Assembly (NCBI GenBank): GCA_965153285.1
Contig: OZ229126.1
DNA from: Podarcis tiliguerta
Taxonomy: Eukaryota
Reading direction: 5' to 3' (one strand)
Length of the DNA: 64,000 nt
Position 1 is the stretch's first letter; each line of letters opens with the position of its first letter. The translations under genes and the position numbers were made by a program. The notes under the pieces were generated by a model. It was not told the origin of the DNA. It saw nothing but the letters and a program-made list of their open reading frames with translations, and did not search any database. Shown here one piece after another: positions 1-12,354 of the stretch.

Positions 1-3000
1 TAATAAAGATCATGCTTACTAGCTGCTTTGCTTCTCAATATTCTCTGGTTGGCCTCTGCTATTTTCTCGTACAAATAGAGAACCTACAAAAGGACTCTAT
101 ATGGACTCTTGGGTAACCCATAAGAGAAAAGGAGCAATTTTTATTTTAACAAGCTCCAGGCCAAAAATGAATGTTGTGGGAAGAGACAGACCTCTGCTTC
201 TTAATCCTGTTGGAATTATTTCATTTTTTGTAAGATGCTGAGCCTGTGCTGGACAGCACAAGATGTTGTATTGATATTTTTGATTTATCATTTGATGCAT
301 TTTGAAGAGTTTGGCTGGTAAAATTTGAATAATATTTTCATCGGTCTGGACAACGCTCCATTTCAACCTTCAGCTACCTAGAGTAAGACGGCAGCTCGGC
401 AGGGAGTTGCATAAAGAGGCTCAGTGTTGTTCCTCCAAAAAATGTTTTATCAGCTATTTTTAAAGCCTTTTAAAAAGCTTTTTAAACTTTTAACCTTCTC
501 AATTTGTAATTTGGATGTCTTTCTGGGCTTTCTGCTCCCTGTCAGTTTGCATTTCTTAGTGCAGAAAGTATTGATCAGATGTGTAGAGATCTTTCCTCTT
601 CTACTTAATTCAAGAGGGTTCTGGAAGCTTTTCTGTGTGAAAGAAACAAGCAGAAGGTTCATGATGTTTGGGTTATTCCTTCAGAGAAGCTGAGCGCAGC
701 TGGCTTAAACTGGTTCTGTTATCTCTTCTTCAAGGTCATGCTATAATAAGAGGCCTGGGCTTCACCTTTTCTCTTTCTTTCTTTTTTCCGTCTGGTGTGG
801 TGTTCTGTATATAGTGTTAAGGTTTAGACTTATTATAAGTTAATGCAAGTTTAAGTTAAGCCTGGAAGCAGGCTTCGGAGCTCCGCAGATAACAGGACTG
901 TAATTAGCGTTGATTGCCACCCAGGGAAGTAATTTTTCCTTTTTTTACTTCTCTACTTTTAAATTTACCAACCTACTGAGACTCTAACAGCACCTTCTTG
1001 TCTATGCTATGAGAAACATCTGGGGCAAGTTCTGTGAAGCATCCTGGGCAGGCCACCAGCTGCTAGCTATTAACCACCAACTCCCTTCTATACTTTGTTC
1101 CCGAAAAACCTGGCAGTCTCCACATGGAGAAGCTCTTAAATTGAACAAACTGAGCACTTTCGAATTTTTCTCTCTCTTTTTTGGTTGGGGAAACCTCTCC
1201 TTGTTTACTCCCCACGGCGACGCTTTGCCTGCTAGTTAAGCCTGCTGCAACTGGATTTCTTATGGACAGTGCCAAACCTGAATGTATTGGATTTGTGACC
1301 ACCATGCTCATTTGCCTTCTGTAGCAGTAAAGCTCTGCTGGATGAAATACAATTGCCTCTGATCTATTTTGGGGGGGGGGGTCCTGCAACATGTCTAAGT
1401 TTTTACTCTGCTAACTATATGATGGAATCTGCTATGAATCAATATTGAGTAGAATTTTCATGACACTCCCTACCTGCTTACCTTCCCCTGGCTTGGAGGA
1501 AATCTTTTAATGAGCCTGCTCATTATACCTCCCCACATCTGCCAATGCTCAGTTTCCAAAAGGATTCAGTTTTCATGCATCCAGGTGCTTCAAACTGTGC
1601 CATATTATCTGCAGCAGTTAGGGTACGGCTTCCAATATGAGAAGGGAGAGGCCAGTAAGGTAGCTGAACTCCCTGTCTGAGGTCCTTTGTTTCCAAGCTG
1701 GCTGGGAAAGAGGTGAGGCTTTTAGGGAAGGAAGGATGCTCCCAGACTGGGATCCAATGCCATACTGGCAAATGCAGGTTGCGCAATAACTTGGAGCTCT
1801 TGTGCAGCCCTGCTCCTACCCCCAAAGGAAAGTCTTTTTCCACTAAGGAAAGTGATACATTGGAAAGTGTGGGATAACAACATATCATCTAACCTTGTCA
1901 CAAATAAATCATAGGGAATGCCTAGTGAACAGTTGATGCTGTCCAACTCCCCCATCAACTATGTGCAAACAAATCGGGATGAATGCTCAAGAAACAGGTT
2001 GTTGGAAAACAACCAAAATCTCCTTGGCAATTCAGAATAAATATACAGGGGCACTCAACAAAGGGACTGGCAACTGTCTCCATTTGGACTGTGGGTGTTT
2101 TGGTGTGTTTTAGGATTCTGTTCTCTGAAATCTTTCATCTAGAAGAACCCTAAGGTTGAGGTTGGATGCTCTCTGGAGCTGACAGCCTGTGTGTGATGAT
2201 GTTAGAGCATTGAAAGACCCACAGAGATCCAGTCTGTGTGGTCGCTCCTGCCCTGGAGTTAAGCCTCTTCCTTTGAGCATTCTTCTCAGTCTTCAGCATA
2301 CTTACTGGAATAAAGCTCTCCTGCAGTAGTAAATTGAACTTGCTTCCAAATAAATGTGCTTAGGCCTCAATTGTGATTGTGTATGTTGTTCCCAGTTGCC
2401 TTTGGTTGCTGAGATTCAGGCTATAAGTGAGTTGGATTTTAATATTTGTTATGGTTTATTGATTTTTATTTGTTTGAATGGGCCCTTGTTATATTTTGGC
2501 CATTCCAAGGCATCAGGGTGGTGCTGTTAGCACCCTAAATAGGGAAAAATAAATACATTCTGGCAGGTAGCATTGCTTGCCTACAGTAGGTTCGTGTTTT
2601 TCCCAGATTGCAATTTTGCAAGAGCTAGGGACACATTTTCACAAACAGGGAAGGGACATGAAAAATAGGTTTATTGCCTCCCCCTTCTTCAGTTTGTGTG
2701 GGAATCGCAGAGAGTCCTTTTTAAAAAGAATCTTTTCTTATATACACAACAGATGTCTGCTCACTGACTGCCAAACCAGATAAGGAAACGAAAGAAAAGG
2801 AAACAATCAAATAATGTTTTCCCGAATTTGCTTTTAAATGCCACTACTGTAGTCTCAATGTGTTACAATATAGATAGTATGTGAAAAGTTAACAATTGTG
2901 GCAAAACCTTTCACAAGGTTCCAGTCGGGTTTGCCTCCACAAATCACTCAGCAAGATAGATACAGCTCCAATCCACTTTCAGCAGCTGTTTTTGAGCAAA

Positions 3001-3405
3001 GAAAAAGTCATTGGGAGCATAGTTATGAGAAATGGTGGAGTCAGATTATTTTAAGTCTGCAGTATAATGAAGGCTGGGTCCATCAGGTCTGCTCTTGCTG
3101 ATGTGTCACCTGGTACCAGTCATTCAGGCAAACTGGGGGTTTGGGAGAGATGGGAAGCAGCGCTCACTCTGCCAGCTCTGTTAAAGCACCAACTCCAGCA
3201 AGGAGCCTTCAGCCCCTGAATTATGCCAATACGAGCTGGTCTTTTGTAAGAGCTGCTATTTAACTTTTAAAAAATGGCACCTAAATTTGCTTCCCCACCC
3301 CCCCCCTTCTTTCTTCCCTGCCTCTTTTTCCTCTTGTGTTTTGTGTATTTAATGATAAACCTGCAAGCAGGGACTGTCTTGTTTTGATTGTATGTAAGCC
3401 ACTCT

Positions 3406-3457
3406 GGTTCATGGGATCACAGAGAGTCGAACACGACTAAGACGACTAAACAACAAT
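3406..3457 (+). mobile_element. RTE-BovB-type LINE extreme 3' tail (heavily 5'-truncated)
   Basis: GGTTCATGGGATCACAGAGAGTCGAACACGACTAAGACGACTAAACAACAA matches the recalled BovB/RTE 3' end (..GTCCATGGGGTCACGAAGAGTCGGACACGACT..(CAA)n); flanked by near-direct repeat agccactct (3397-3405)/agccgctct (3458-3466). Confidence 0.8.
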
Positions 3458-3957
3458 AGCCGCTCTAGATGGATGAGTGGAAGAGATAGATATAGACACA
3501 CACACACACGCAGAAGAACATGGTACAAATGCACCAAATAAATAAAGAATAAATACTGGGTTGGTGCTAAGGACTCCATCCTCAGACTGTTGCTATGTTA
3601 TTCTTCATTTTCCTATTCATACCCTTGTTTGCTTGTATTTCAATAACCAGCTTTTGATTTGGGCCTACAAAAATGAGTAGATCCAGCTTCCTTCAGTCCC
3701 TTTGAATAACCATAATTAACTATCCAATTGGGACCTTCTGGTGGGCCTCACCAAGAGCAGCATATCAACCATTAACTTGTATAGGAGAGATAAAACTGAT
3801 GCACTCCAATGACACCACTGGGATGGGGGTTCAAGTTGCTGCAGCCACTCAGAATCAAGTCTGCTCCTATCCACTGAGCCACGTGCTTAGTTATGTTTCT
3901 TTCGCACCACGGAGCAAGATGAATTCTCGGCATCTGACTTTAGCTGACATTCTGTAC

Positions 3958-4716
3958 CAGTGGTTCCTAAACATTTCCTCTCTATGGACCACTAGAAAAT
4001 TGCCAAGAGTCCTGGTAGACTCCATAAATGACCTTTCTGCCTGTTGTAAAGGTAAAGGTAAAGGGACCCCTGACCATTAGGTCCAGTCATGACCGACTCT
4101 GGGGTTGCAACACTCATCTTGCTTTATTGGCTGAGGGAGCCGGTGTACAGCTTCCGGGTCATGTGGCCAGCATGACTAAGCCACTTCTGGCGAACCAGAG
4201 CAGCGCATGGAAATGCCATTTACCTTCCCGCCGGAGTGGTACCTATTTATCTACTTGCACTTTGAGGTGCTTTCAAACTGCTAGGTTGGCAGGAGCAGGG
4301 ACCGAGCAACAGGAGCTCACCCCGTTGCGGGGATTCAAACCGCCGACCTTCTGATCAGCAAGTCCTAGGCTCTGTGGTTTAACCCACAGCGCCACCCACG
4401 TCCCCTCTGCCTGCTGTAGCAATTGTTATATGCTGATGTGGATGCCATATGATTTTGAATTGTATTTTTATTGCTTCTTTCTTACATGGCATTTTATTGT
4501 GTTGCATTTTGAGTTCCATAGATCACAATCTAACATATAATAACAAAATAGAGAAAACTACAATTAAAAGTGAATATGAATGCTTGATGTGCTGCACCCA
4601 CTATTCACAGTTGCAGTCACTGTGACCAGCTCCTTCTCCCCTTGTTGTTCACGCGGCACCTGAATGAAGCTCTCAGACCATTGCTGGTCTTTGGACCAGA
4701 GTTTAGGAAGCCCCTG
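3958..4716. mobile_element. hAT (Charlie-like) non-autonomous element, interrupted by a Sauria SINE
   Basis: Termini cagtggttcctaaac ... gtttaggaagcccctg are imperfect inverted repeats; left target ttctgtac; right target reconstructs as ttctatat after removing the 4720-5036 insertion. Confidence 0.65.
4049..4405 (-). mobile_element. Sauria SINE, full length
   Basis: Minus strand begins GGGGACGTGGGTGGCGCTGTGGGTTAAACC with B-box-like GGTTTGAATCCC and ends in (ACCTTT)n; 13-bp TSD tctgcctgttgta (4036-4048)/tctgcctgctgta (4406-4418). Confidence 0.95.
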
Positions 4717-4719
4717 TTC

Positions 4720-5036
4720 CAGACCCTCCAAGGGTCCCTGTTTTCCAGGGACAGTTCCAGATTTACAGAAGCAGTCCCGGTTTCTGATCTGATTCCATAA
4801 TGTGTTGCTTTTCCTTAGGATGTCCCTATTTTCATTGGATGAATGTTGGAGGGTGTGGAATAGGACATCCCCAAGGCTTTTTTTGAGCTGGAACCCACCA
4901 AAACTCAGTTCCAGCACTTCTCAGGTGGGTGCCATTGCCATTCCAAGAGATGTTCATGGTGAGTTCCAGCACCTCTTTTTCTAGAAAAATAGCACTGGAC
5001 GTCCCTACTTTCATCAGAGAAATGTTGGAGGGTATG
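4720..5036. mobile_element. Non-autonomous DNA element with CA(T/G)ACCCTCCAA terminal inverted repeats
   Basis: cagaccctccaa ... ttggagggtatg TIR, internal tgtccc repeats, 6-bp duplication ctgttc (4714-4719/5037-5042). Confidence 0.7.
4872..4997. mobile_element. hAT MITE nested inside the 4720-5036 element
   Basis: caaggctttttt ... aaaaatagcactg termini; 8-bp TSD gacatccc (4864-4871)/gacgtccc (4998-5005). Confidence 0.75.
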
Positions 5037-6744
5037 CTGTTCTATATGACAGTGTTTAGGGCTTAGGTCTTTCTTGCCCTATGGCCCTCCCAACAGAGGC
5101 ACAAACAGTTCAGTGGAATGACAAAGCTATTGCAAAGGGGCAGATCAAGGATTGCTGAGCTGCCCTTCTGCCACAGATCAGAACTTTTGCCCCCCGCCTT
5201 TTACTGCAGACCCTCTACTTTCTTCCATACATGTCAGTGGTGACCTTTTGATTTCTGTAGGGAAGGAAGTTAATCGGTGGCCAGTATTTGTCTGAGTGTA
5301 GAAAATATAAAGCCAGACATCTAGAGCCAGGTCTTCGGTTGGTGCATGTGGTTGACTTCCAACAGATCTGCATTTATTTGCACTACTCAGCAACCTTCTG
5401 CTGTACTTTTGCAGTTTATTCTAGTCACTCACTGAAATGTCAGTCACGGTTCCCAACTTTTGCGGCTGTTGGGGTGAATCGGTGAGTCACAGCCTTTATC
5501 TTTGTGACCACTGGTCATGTCGGGTCTGTGTTTTGCAGGCACATAACTTTGCAAACCTTACTTCATTTCCCTAGTGAAATGCACTCTCTGTCATAAACTG
5601 AGATGGATATTATTTCCTCTTCTTAGGAGAGGCGTCACATCATGATATAAAAATGAAAACCTTTGTTTTCTTGGCTTGTTTCTTTGTCCATATGTGTGAA
5701 GCATCCTGTGGAATAGAGGTCATACCTTTTTTTAGGGATTGTCCTTATTTGTCCATACCGTTTGTGAGAGCAGAATTGTAGTGTCTCGTAAAGCTTCTGT
5801 CAGGCTTGCCTTCTGTTTCAAATATATAGTCTGTAAGGGGAAGGGGGAGGCTTCCAATGGCAGCAAAGTGAAATAGCAAATGTGCCAAAGGGAAAGAAAG
5901 AAAAATTAAAACCCTCAAATACTGGAATCAGCATTGTTAGCTAGTCGCACATAATCTGAAAACTATAGCTGCTGCATAGGATCATTAGCAGGGCTTTAAA
6001 ATAATAAAAGTTCTGCCTAGAAGAAACTGAGTTCTGCAACTTGATGGAAATCTACATAATTTCTGTTTTTTCAAAATCTAGTCTACATTAAGATCAGCAC
6101 AGGGGCTCCTTGTAGTAGTTCGACCCCCCTCAGAAATGGGGGGGGGGAGCATCACTGGGACCTTCATTCTGTAGTTTCCACTGTATGCTCCATGAACATA
6201 CCTCTTTCCCCTGGCCTTTGAGCTTTGACACCTGAGATACTTCAGTTTTTAGCATCTGCTTTATAAATTGTTTTAAACTAGTGCAGTACAGGATGTTGCA
6301 GAAGCCCTAATTCATACATGATGACTGATATCGTCCGGGGTGGAGGAGCGAGAACACAATTATCTTCAGATTAACACCTGCTTACAAGGGGGCCCACTCC
6401 TGGGGGTCAAGGCACTGGGGGCTCCCCCATTATTATTATTTTTAGGAGCCCATCCCTCCTCAATGTTCAGAGGCCACAATGTCCTGACAGTGCACAACAT
6501 CATGTGCGCAATGTCAGGACATTGCGCAGGGCCCCCTCCATCCTCAGGAGAAGGTGGCACCTCAGTCTACTTACATGTGTAGAGTTGCATGTGTAAGGGT
6601 CTCTTTCTATGTGGCTGAGAACTTGGAAAGAGGCTGATATACGTACCACTGTGCACATGTGTGTCCTATGCAGACATTTCCTTGAATGTGCAGAGATCGT
6701 AAGTAGGGACATGCTACCCTCCCATCTCTGCTTGTGTTCACCAT

Positions 6745-7130
6745 AAAGTAGGTAAAGGTAAACGACCCCTGGACGGTTAAGTCCAGTCAAAGGCGACTAT
6801 GGGGTTGGCGTGCTCATCTCACTTTCAGGCCAAGGGAGCCGGCGTTTGTCCACAGACAGCTTTCCCGGTCATGTGGCCAGCATGACTAAACTGCTTCTGG
6901 CGCAACGGGGCACCATGACAGAAGCCAGAGCGCATGGAAACACTGTTTACCTTCCTGCCACAGTGATACCTAGTTATCTACTTGGACTGGTGTGATTTTG
7001 AACTGCTAGGTTGGCAGGAGCTGGGACAGAACAATGGGAGCTCACCCACTGTCACGGGGATTCGAACCACCGACCTTCTGATCAGCAAGCCCAAGAGGCT
7101 CAGTGGTTTAGGCCACAGTGCCACCCGCAT
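6745..7130 (-). mobile_element. Sauria SINE
   Basis: Same body as 4049-4405 (ttcccggtcatgtggccagcatgactaa; ggattcgaaccaccgaccttctgatcagcaag); AAAGGT tail on the left. Confidence 0.93.
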
Positions 7131-9603
7131 ATACCATATTGTGCAGATAAGCTTAACATGCATGAAGGAGGAACAGAAGGAGGAACCACTTCAGGGGTGT
7201 ATTAGGGGTGAGGTGTGTGGTGATGACACCAGTAGTAATCTCTGGTGTGAGAAGGGGCATTACACTTGAACAAAAATTTCCCTATTGCCACCTGTGGATT
7301 ATTGTAAGGTATGCACCTCTGCATGAAGAGGGAACCCACTTTCTTGCCTTTAGAGCAGAACCTTTGTTACACTGTGCTTAGAATTGCCCATAAGCACACA
7401 TTGAAACGGCTGCTGTGCAGAGATGCACCTTATTTCACCCATTAAGGTTATAAGAATGACAAGATGTTTGAAGCATGTTAAAGTTGAAGCATGCCTTTTT
7501 GCATGAAATGATCTTGAGTCCATCTCTCACGCCTTTCCCCCTCAATGCTGTCCTACAATCCTTAGAAATCTCCTACTGACAGCTGAATGTTCTTGCTCTC
7601 CTGGAGTGACATGAGCTTGTGCTGTCTGGCCACTAGAGGCCACCGTGGCATGTAGCAGACGATGCGCATAGGGCCTCTTTGTCCTGTGCTTTCCTGCTGA
7701 GAGCCAGAAAATGGGGGGCTGCAGCCTGGGAGAAACAGAAGGGGGGAAAGGTGATGCCAAGATGGGCAAAACCATTGTTTGTTGTTGTTTGTTTAACACC
7801 ATCATCCCAGTTTTCTGTATAAATAACACCCGAAGTGGTACACAGGATAAGATGCAACAATAAAAAAATACAACAGCCGAATAACAAGCAGCAAAACAGC
7901 ATCAGGGAGAATAAAATGGATTGTCAGAACATAATTATCCTGAGGCAGTAGATTGTTTCATTGGTGTAAGACCTTGGTGGAATAAAAGAAAAGTGTTTAC
8001 CTGAACGCAAAAACCAATTTTAGGGCACTGATCTTCAAGTGGCGACACTTGAAGCCTCAATTTCACACCTGAGCTCCAGCTCTTGATCTTGGTTCCATGG
8101 CTCCTCCCCTAGAGTAAGACCCGGCAGGTGGCAAATTCAGGCAAATGTGCTCCAGTTTCAACTTATTATAGGTTAGGAGGGCTTCTGTCTCGCATAGTTA
8201 CTCCACCTGGAAGTCAAGATCTGGGAACAGATCTGAATTCTCTAAATTTGAATTTTGCAGTGATAGGTTATCCAGATCTGAATGCTTTAGATCAGAAAGT
8301 GGGGCGGTTATTTTACTCCTGTGTGTGACAGGTGCCCCAGTACAGGATCAAACTCTCCAAAATGTGTCATAGCAGAACTCCAGACATATGACCAAAGCTA
8401 ACCTACCAGAGGAAGATGGTGGATGTCGTAACTAACACGGACTTGTAACAAGCATGAATTTTCATTCCTGGGCGTGATGGGGGCCTTCCTACTTTTCAGG
8501 AATCCCTCCCCTCAGAATCAAGAAAAAAGTGTTCAATGTGTTTCCACAGGAGAAAGTGATCCCAAACAGAACTACAAATGGATAACTCAATATCCCAAAC
8601 TTTGTAACATAGCATGCTGTACAGAAAATAAAGAACTCGGTAACATTTGTTAGAAAGAAAGAAAAAGGAATCTCTTGAACCTGAAATATCTATCCTAGTA
8701 AGAGGCAGGAAGGAGGTGACAGGTGGTAGTCCTCTGTTGCCAATTTCTGGAAGAAATATTCACAGTGAATTAAAATTTTATTTTTTCCCCTTTAGCTGCA
8801 CTGATCTAAGAGTAAGTCCCACTGAACTCACTGCTGCATAGGATTGCACTCTTCATTATTATTTTTTAAGGAAAGTTTCTTTTTAGGATAAGGGAATTCA
8901 GAAAGCCCAATGAGCTTTGTGCTGAGAGTCCCAAGATTTCATCTTTAGATCTCTGATCATTTTCAAAATATGTATTTCCTTCGTTTCTGCTTCAAAGCAT
9001 TCTCCTCCCCCCCCCCCCCGTCCTCCCCCAAATCCTCTCTCTCTTAACATTCAAATTCTAATTACCAGACTGGACTTTACAAGTGGAACATAAATAACAT
9101 TACATAGATAATTAAGATGTATCATTAATTGGAGCTGGTTTCAGTGTGCTAATTGCATAATTCAGCTGTCTGTTAAATAGCTTTTCCAGTGTGAAAATTA
9201 CCCATTTATGGGCAATGCTTGTGTGAGCATCACACTCCCGCCACTCAGTAACATGAGTCAACATTTTTAGGCGTAGCTTCACCATGCAGAGCTCAGTCTC
9301 TTCATCAAAAGCTCCAAAAGAGGGTGGATAATTTCCGCCATAGAGCTGCCAACCTTTCCCTCATCCACCTCTGGCAGCACACTTAGACCTTTACAAGCTG
9401 TTTATCGGGCGGGTGATGTTCTTCAACTGCATTGCCATGTCTGGCTTGGACACTGAAGTCCATTTCAGGAGCCCTCCCAGCAAAAAATAAAAACCAGGTA
9501 CCAAGAGGTATTGCAACTAATTCTTGTTAGCAGCTTTTTGTTTGGTAAAACATAAAAACAATTCTCAGCTGAACTCTGAGTGAAGTCACAAATAGAGTCT
9601 TCA

Positions 9604-10262
9604 CTAGAGAGGCAATGATCCGTCCATTTCAGTCCTCTCGGTTTCTCATTTTTCCTATCTTAAATTCCATTCTGCGGCCATTTGCAATTAATTAAAAATA
9701 ATCGTCATGAAACTTTAGTGTGGATTTCACCCAATAAACACATTTTTGTATGTGGTTTTGACTAATGGACACATTTCTGCAAGGCACTTCTCCTAATATT
9801 GTGCATTTTGTATCTTATTTTAAATAGTATATTTGTTTTTATGCTCGCTTTCACATAATGTGTGCATTGTTGTAAACATGGATTGGAGAACTGCAATTCA
9901 GATTGGAGAACTGCAGTTCAGATAAGTGTGAATTTCAAAGGCTGCCTATGTTTTGAGTCTTATACAGTGGTACCTCGGGTTAAGTACTTAATTTGTTCCG
10001 AGGTCCATTCTTAACCTGAAACTGTTCTTAACCTGAAGCACCACTTTAGCTAATGGGGCCTCCTGCTGCTGCTGCGCCGCGGCCGCATGATTTCTGTTCT
10101 CATCCTGAAGCAAAGTTCTTAACCTGAAGCACTATTTCTGGGTTAGCGGAGTCTGTAACCTGAAGCGTCTGTAACCTGAGGTACCACTGTATTGTTTCTG
10201 AATGCATGAAGCTGATAGATTCAGCTTTAAATGCGAACTGAATCGAACTTATCCCCAGTCTG
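9604..10262 (+). mobile_element. Degenerate AT-rich dispersed repeat (probable hAT-like DNA element), interrupted by a Tc1/mariner MITE
   Basis: Shares blocks (tctcattttcc..tcttaaattc; tgtgaatttc; cgaactgaatcgaa) with copies at 41140-41525, 54889-55291 and 60060-60421; orientation is relative only. Confidence 0.6.
9965..10189. mobile_element. Tc1/mariner-pogo family MITE (CAGTGGTACCTC TIR)
   Basis: TA|cagtggtacctcgggtta ... taacctgaggtaccactg|TA; inverted relative to the copies at 51054, 56973 and 57564. Confidence 0.92.
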
Positions 10263-11029
10263 TAGGGGTCACTTCAAACAATAAATTCTTACATTGCCCT
10301 CTTCCTGCACAGAAGTATGGTCCATAATATTTCACTGGAATCATTGGAGATTTCTGACAAGAAGCAAGCATGGCCATGTGTTTTGGTGTTCAAAGTGGGG
10401 CACAGGGGACCTTCTGGAGTGCTTTGGTGTTTGAGCCAATGCTTCTTCAGATCCCAAGCCATTCAGGACTTCTTCCATAAAGAAACAATGTTATTTCATT
10501 CTCCATTCACCAGAAACAAGTTGCAGGATGCTGCAATAAGATGCTAATCCAGTATATTAATCTTACTCTGGATTTAGCTAGGTAGTATTTTGATTCCACA
10601 TGTTGCAATTCCCGTTGAAATTCTTAAAAATATTATGCATATCCTTTTTGGATAGTGATCGAGGGACTAAGCGGAGGTTCATATTTCAGTGCTTATGTTT
10701 TTCTACTGGCTTCTCTAGATGTTGTGTTGCAATGGCCCACTAGTTTACTTGATTTTTAAGAATGGATTATGTAGATTTGCCAAGGCTCATTAAGTGTTGC
10801 TTGTTGCAGAGGAAATTGCTCTGGGATAGGAGATGGGATCAGTGCAGGAGCATTGCCTCTCAACTGTAGGGGAAAATATCGGTCGTAAATTCCATAAATT
10901 AAGTATGCATCATATGTAGCAGTAATTTGTTTTGTCTGTTCTTGATCTACTGCTGGTCAATTTCACTGAAGGTACCTAAGTCCTAGTGTTATGAGAGAGG
11001 GATAAAATACCATGCTTAATTTTACAAAC

Positions 11030-11205
11030 TTCTATCATGTTTCCTTCCCTTAGTTGGCTTTTTCTAAACTGCAAAGTGGCATGCCATCCAACCTTTCTCC
11101 ATAGAGAAGTTACTCCAATTCTTTCTCCTTTTCTGCACCTTCTCAAGCTCTGCAATAACCTATTTTTTTAAGATGAGGCTACTGGAAGTTCACACAGTAG
11201 TTCAT
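11030..11205 (-). mobile_element. Degenerate CR1 LINE ORF2 fragment
   Basis: cccttagttggctttttctaaact...aacctttctccatagagaagttactcc...agatgaggctactggaagttcacacagta resembles the reverse complement of CR1 ORF2 3' coding sequence. Confidence 0.6.
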
Positions 11206-11240
11206 ATATATTTATTTAACAAAATTAATTAACTTGGTTG

Positions 11241-11567
11241 CAGGTCCAGATTTAGGTTTGAAGAGGCCCAAAGCTACTGAAGGTAATGGGGCCCTTTATA
11301 TGTCCAGCTGTCTTCGTCCACAACAAATTGTCGCTGTTTTTGTTGTTGAATATATGCTATATGGTAATTTATGGACCTAATAGATATCTAAAGCCATTTG
11401 CACATAACAAAATATATATTTTAACAAATTGTTCAACTGAAATACGATTAAGAAGTATATTAATATTAATATTAATAATTTCTTTCTTTAATTTTTTTTG
11501 GGGGGGGCCCTAAGAGAGTGGGGCCCTAAGCTAAAACTTGTTTAGCTTATATGTAAATCCAGCACTT
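11241..11567. mobile_element. hAT MITE
   Basis: caggtccagattta ... taaatccagcactt termini, internal ggggccct repeats, 8-bp flanks cttggttg/cttgattt (6/8 identical). Confidence 0.7.
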
Positions 11568-11815
11568 CTTGATTTTATTTCTGTACTTATTTGAAAGGAA
11601 AAAAAACAAGCTTCTAAGCACTTTACAATATATATATATATATATATAATGTTTAAATTCTCAGTTAAGAAACAGTCAAAATTGGGTATTTAGAAACATA
11701 GAATAGATTATTAAAATATTAAAACAGTAGCTAAAAAGTTAACACACATGTAACTTCAAGAAGTCTGGACAGGCTTGCCTAAACAAAATGTTTTAAGCAG
11801 GTGCTGAAAACAATG

Positions 11816-12067
11816 CAGCCGTGTCTTGGTTGCTGAACGCCTTGGTACTCATACATTTTGGCTTCCAAATGCTGCGAACCCAGAAGTAAGTGTCCCGGTT
11901 TGCAAATGTTCTTTGGAAGCTGAACATCTGACACTGCTTCTGTGGCTTCTGATTGAGTGCAGGAAGCTCCTGCAGCCAATCGGAAGCTGCGCCTTGGTTT
12001 TTGAATGTTTTCGGAAGTCAAACAGATTTCCGGAACAGAATACATTCAGGAATCAAGGTACGAATTG
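11816..12067. mobile_element. Tc1/mariner-pogo MITE (second family), sitting in an old L2 remnant
   Basis: Homologous in inverted orientation to 52705-52955; central palindrome tgcagga-agc-tcctgca; flanks (aaatgttttaagcagg.. / ..gcctgcctgatctca..ggagttcca) look like contiguous L2 3' sequence. Confidence 0.75.
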
Positions 12068-12354
12068 CAGTCAATGGGCCTGCCTGATCTCAATACACAG
12101 GGAGTTCCAACGTGCCTATGTTGCCGCTCTATGTGACTGATCACGCCATCTCTCCTCCCAATGGCAAACTCAGATGGTATGTGCTAACAAGAGGGGTGGT
12201 ATTGGTGTGCCATTTCACTGCTCACTCCAAATTATGAGGAGGTTAAATAGCACCGGTCTCAACACGTGTCCTTGGAGAATCTCAGTACTTAACGCCCTCC
12301 CCCCTTCAGTTTGTGCCTACACTCTGCTTCCTCCTATTTATCATCCCCTTGAGT

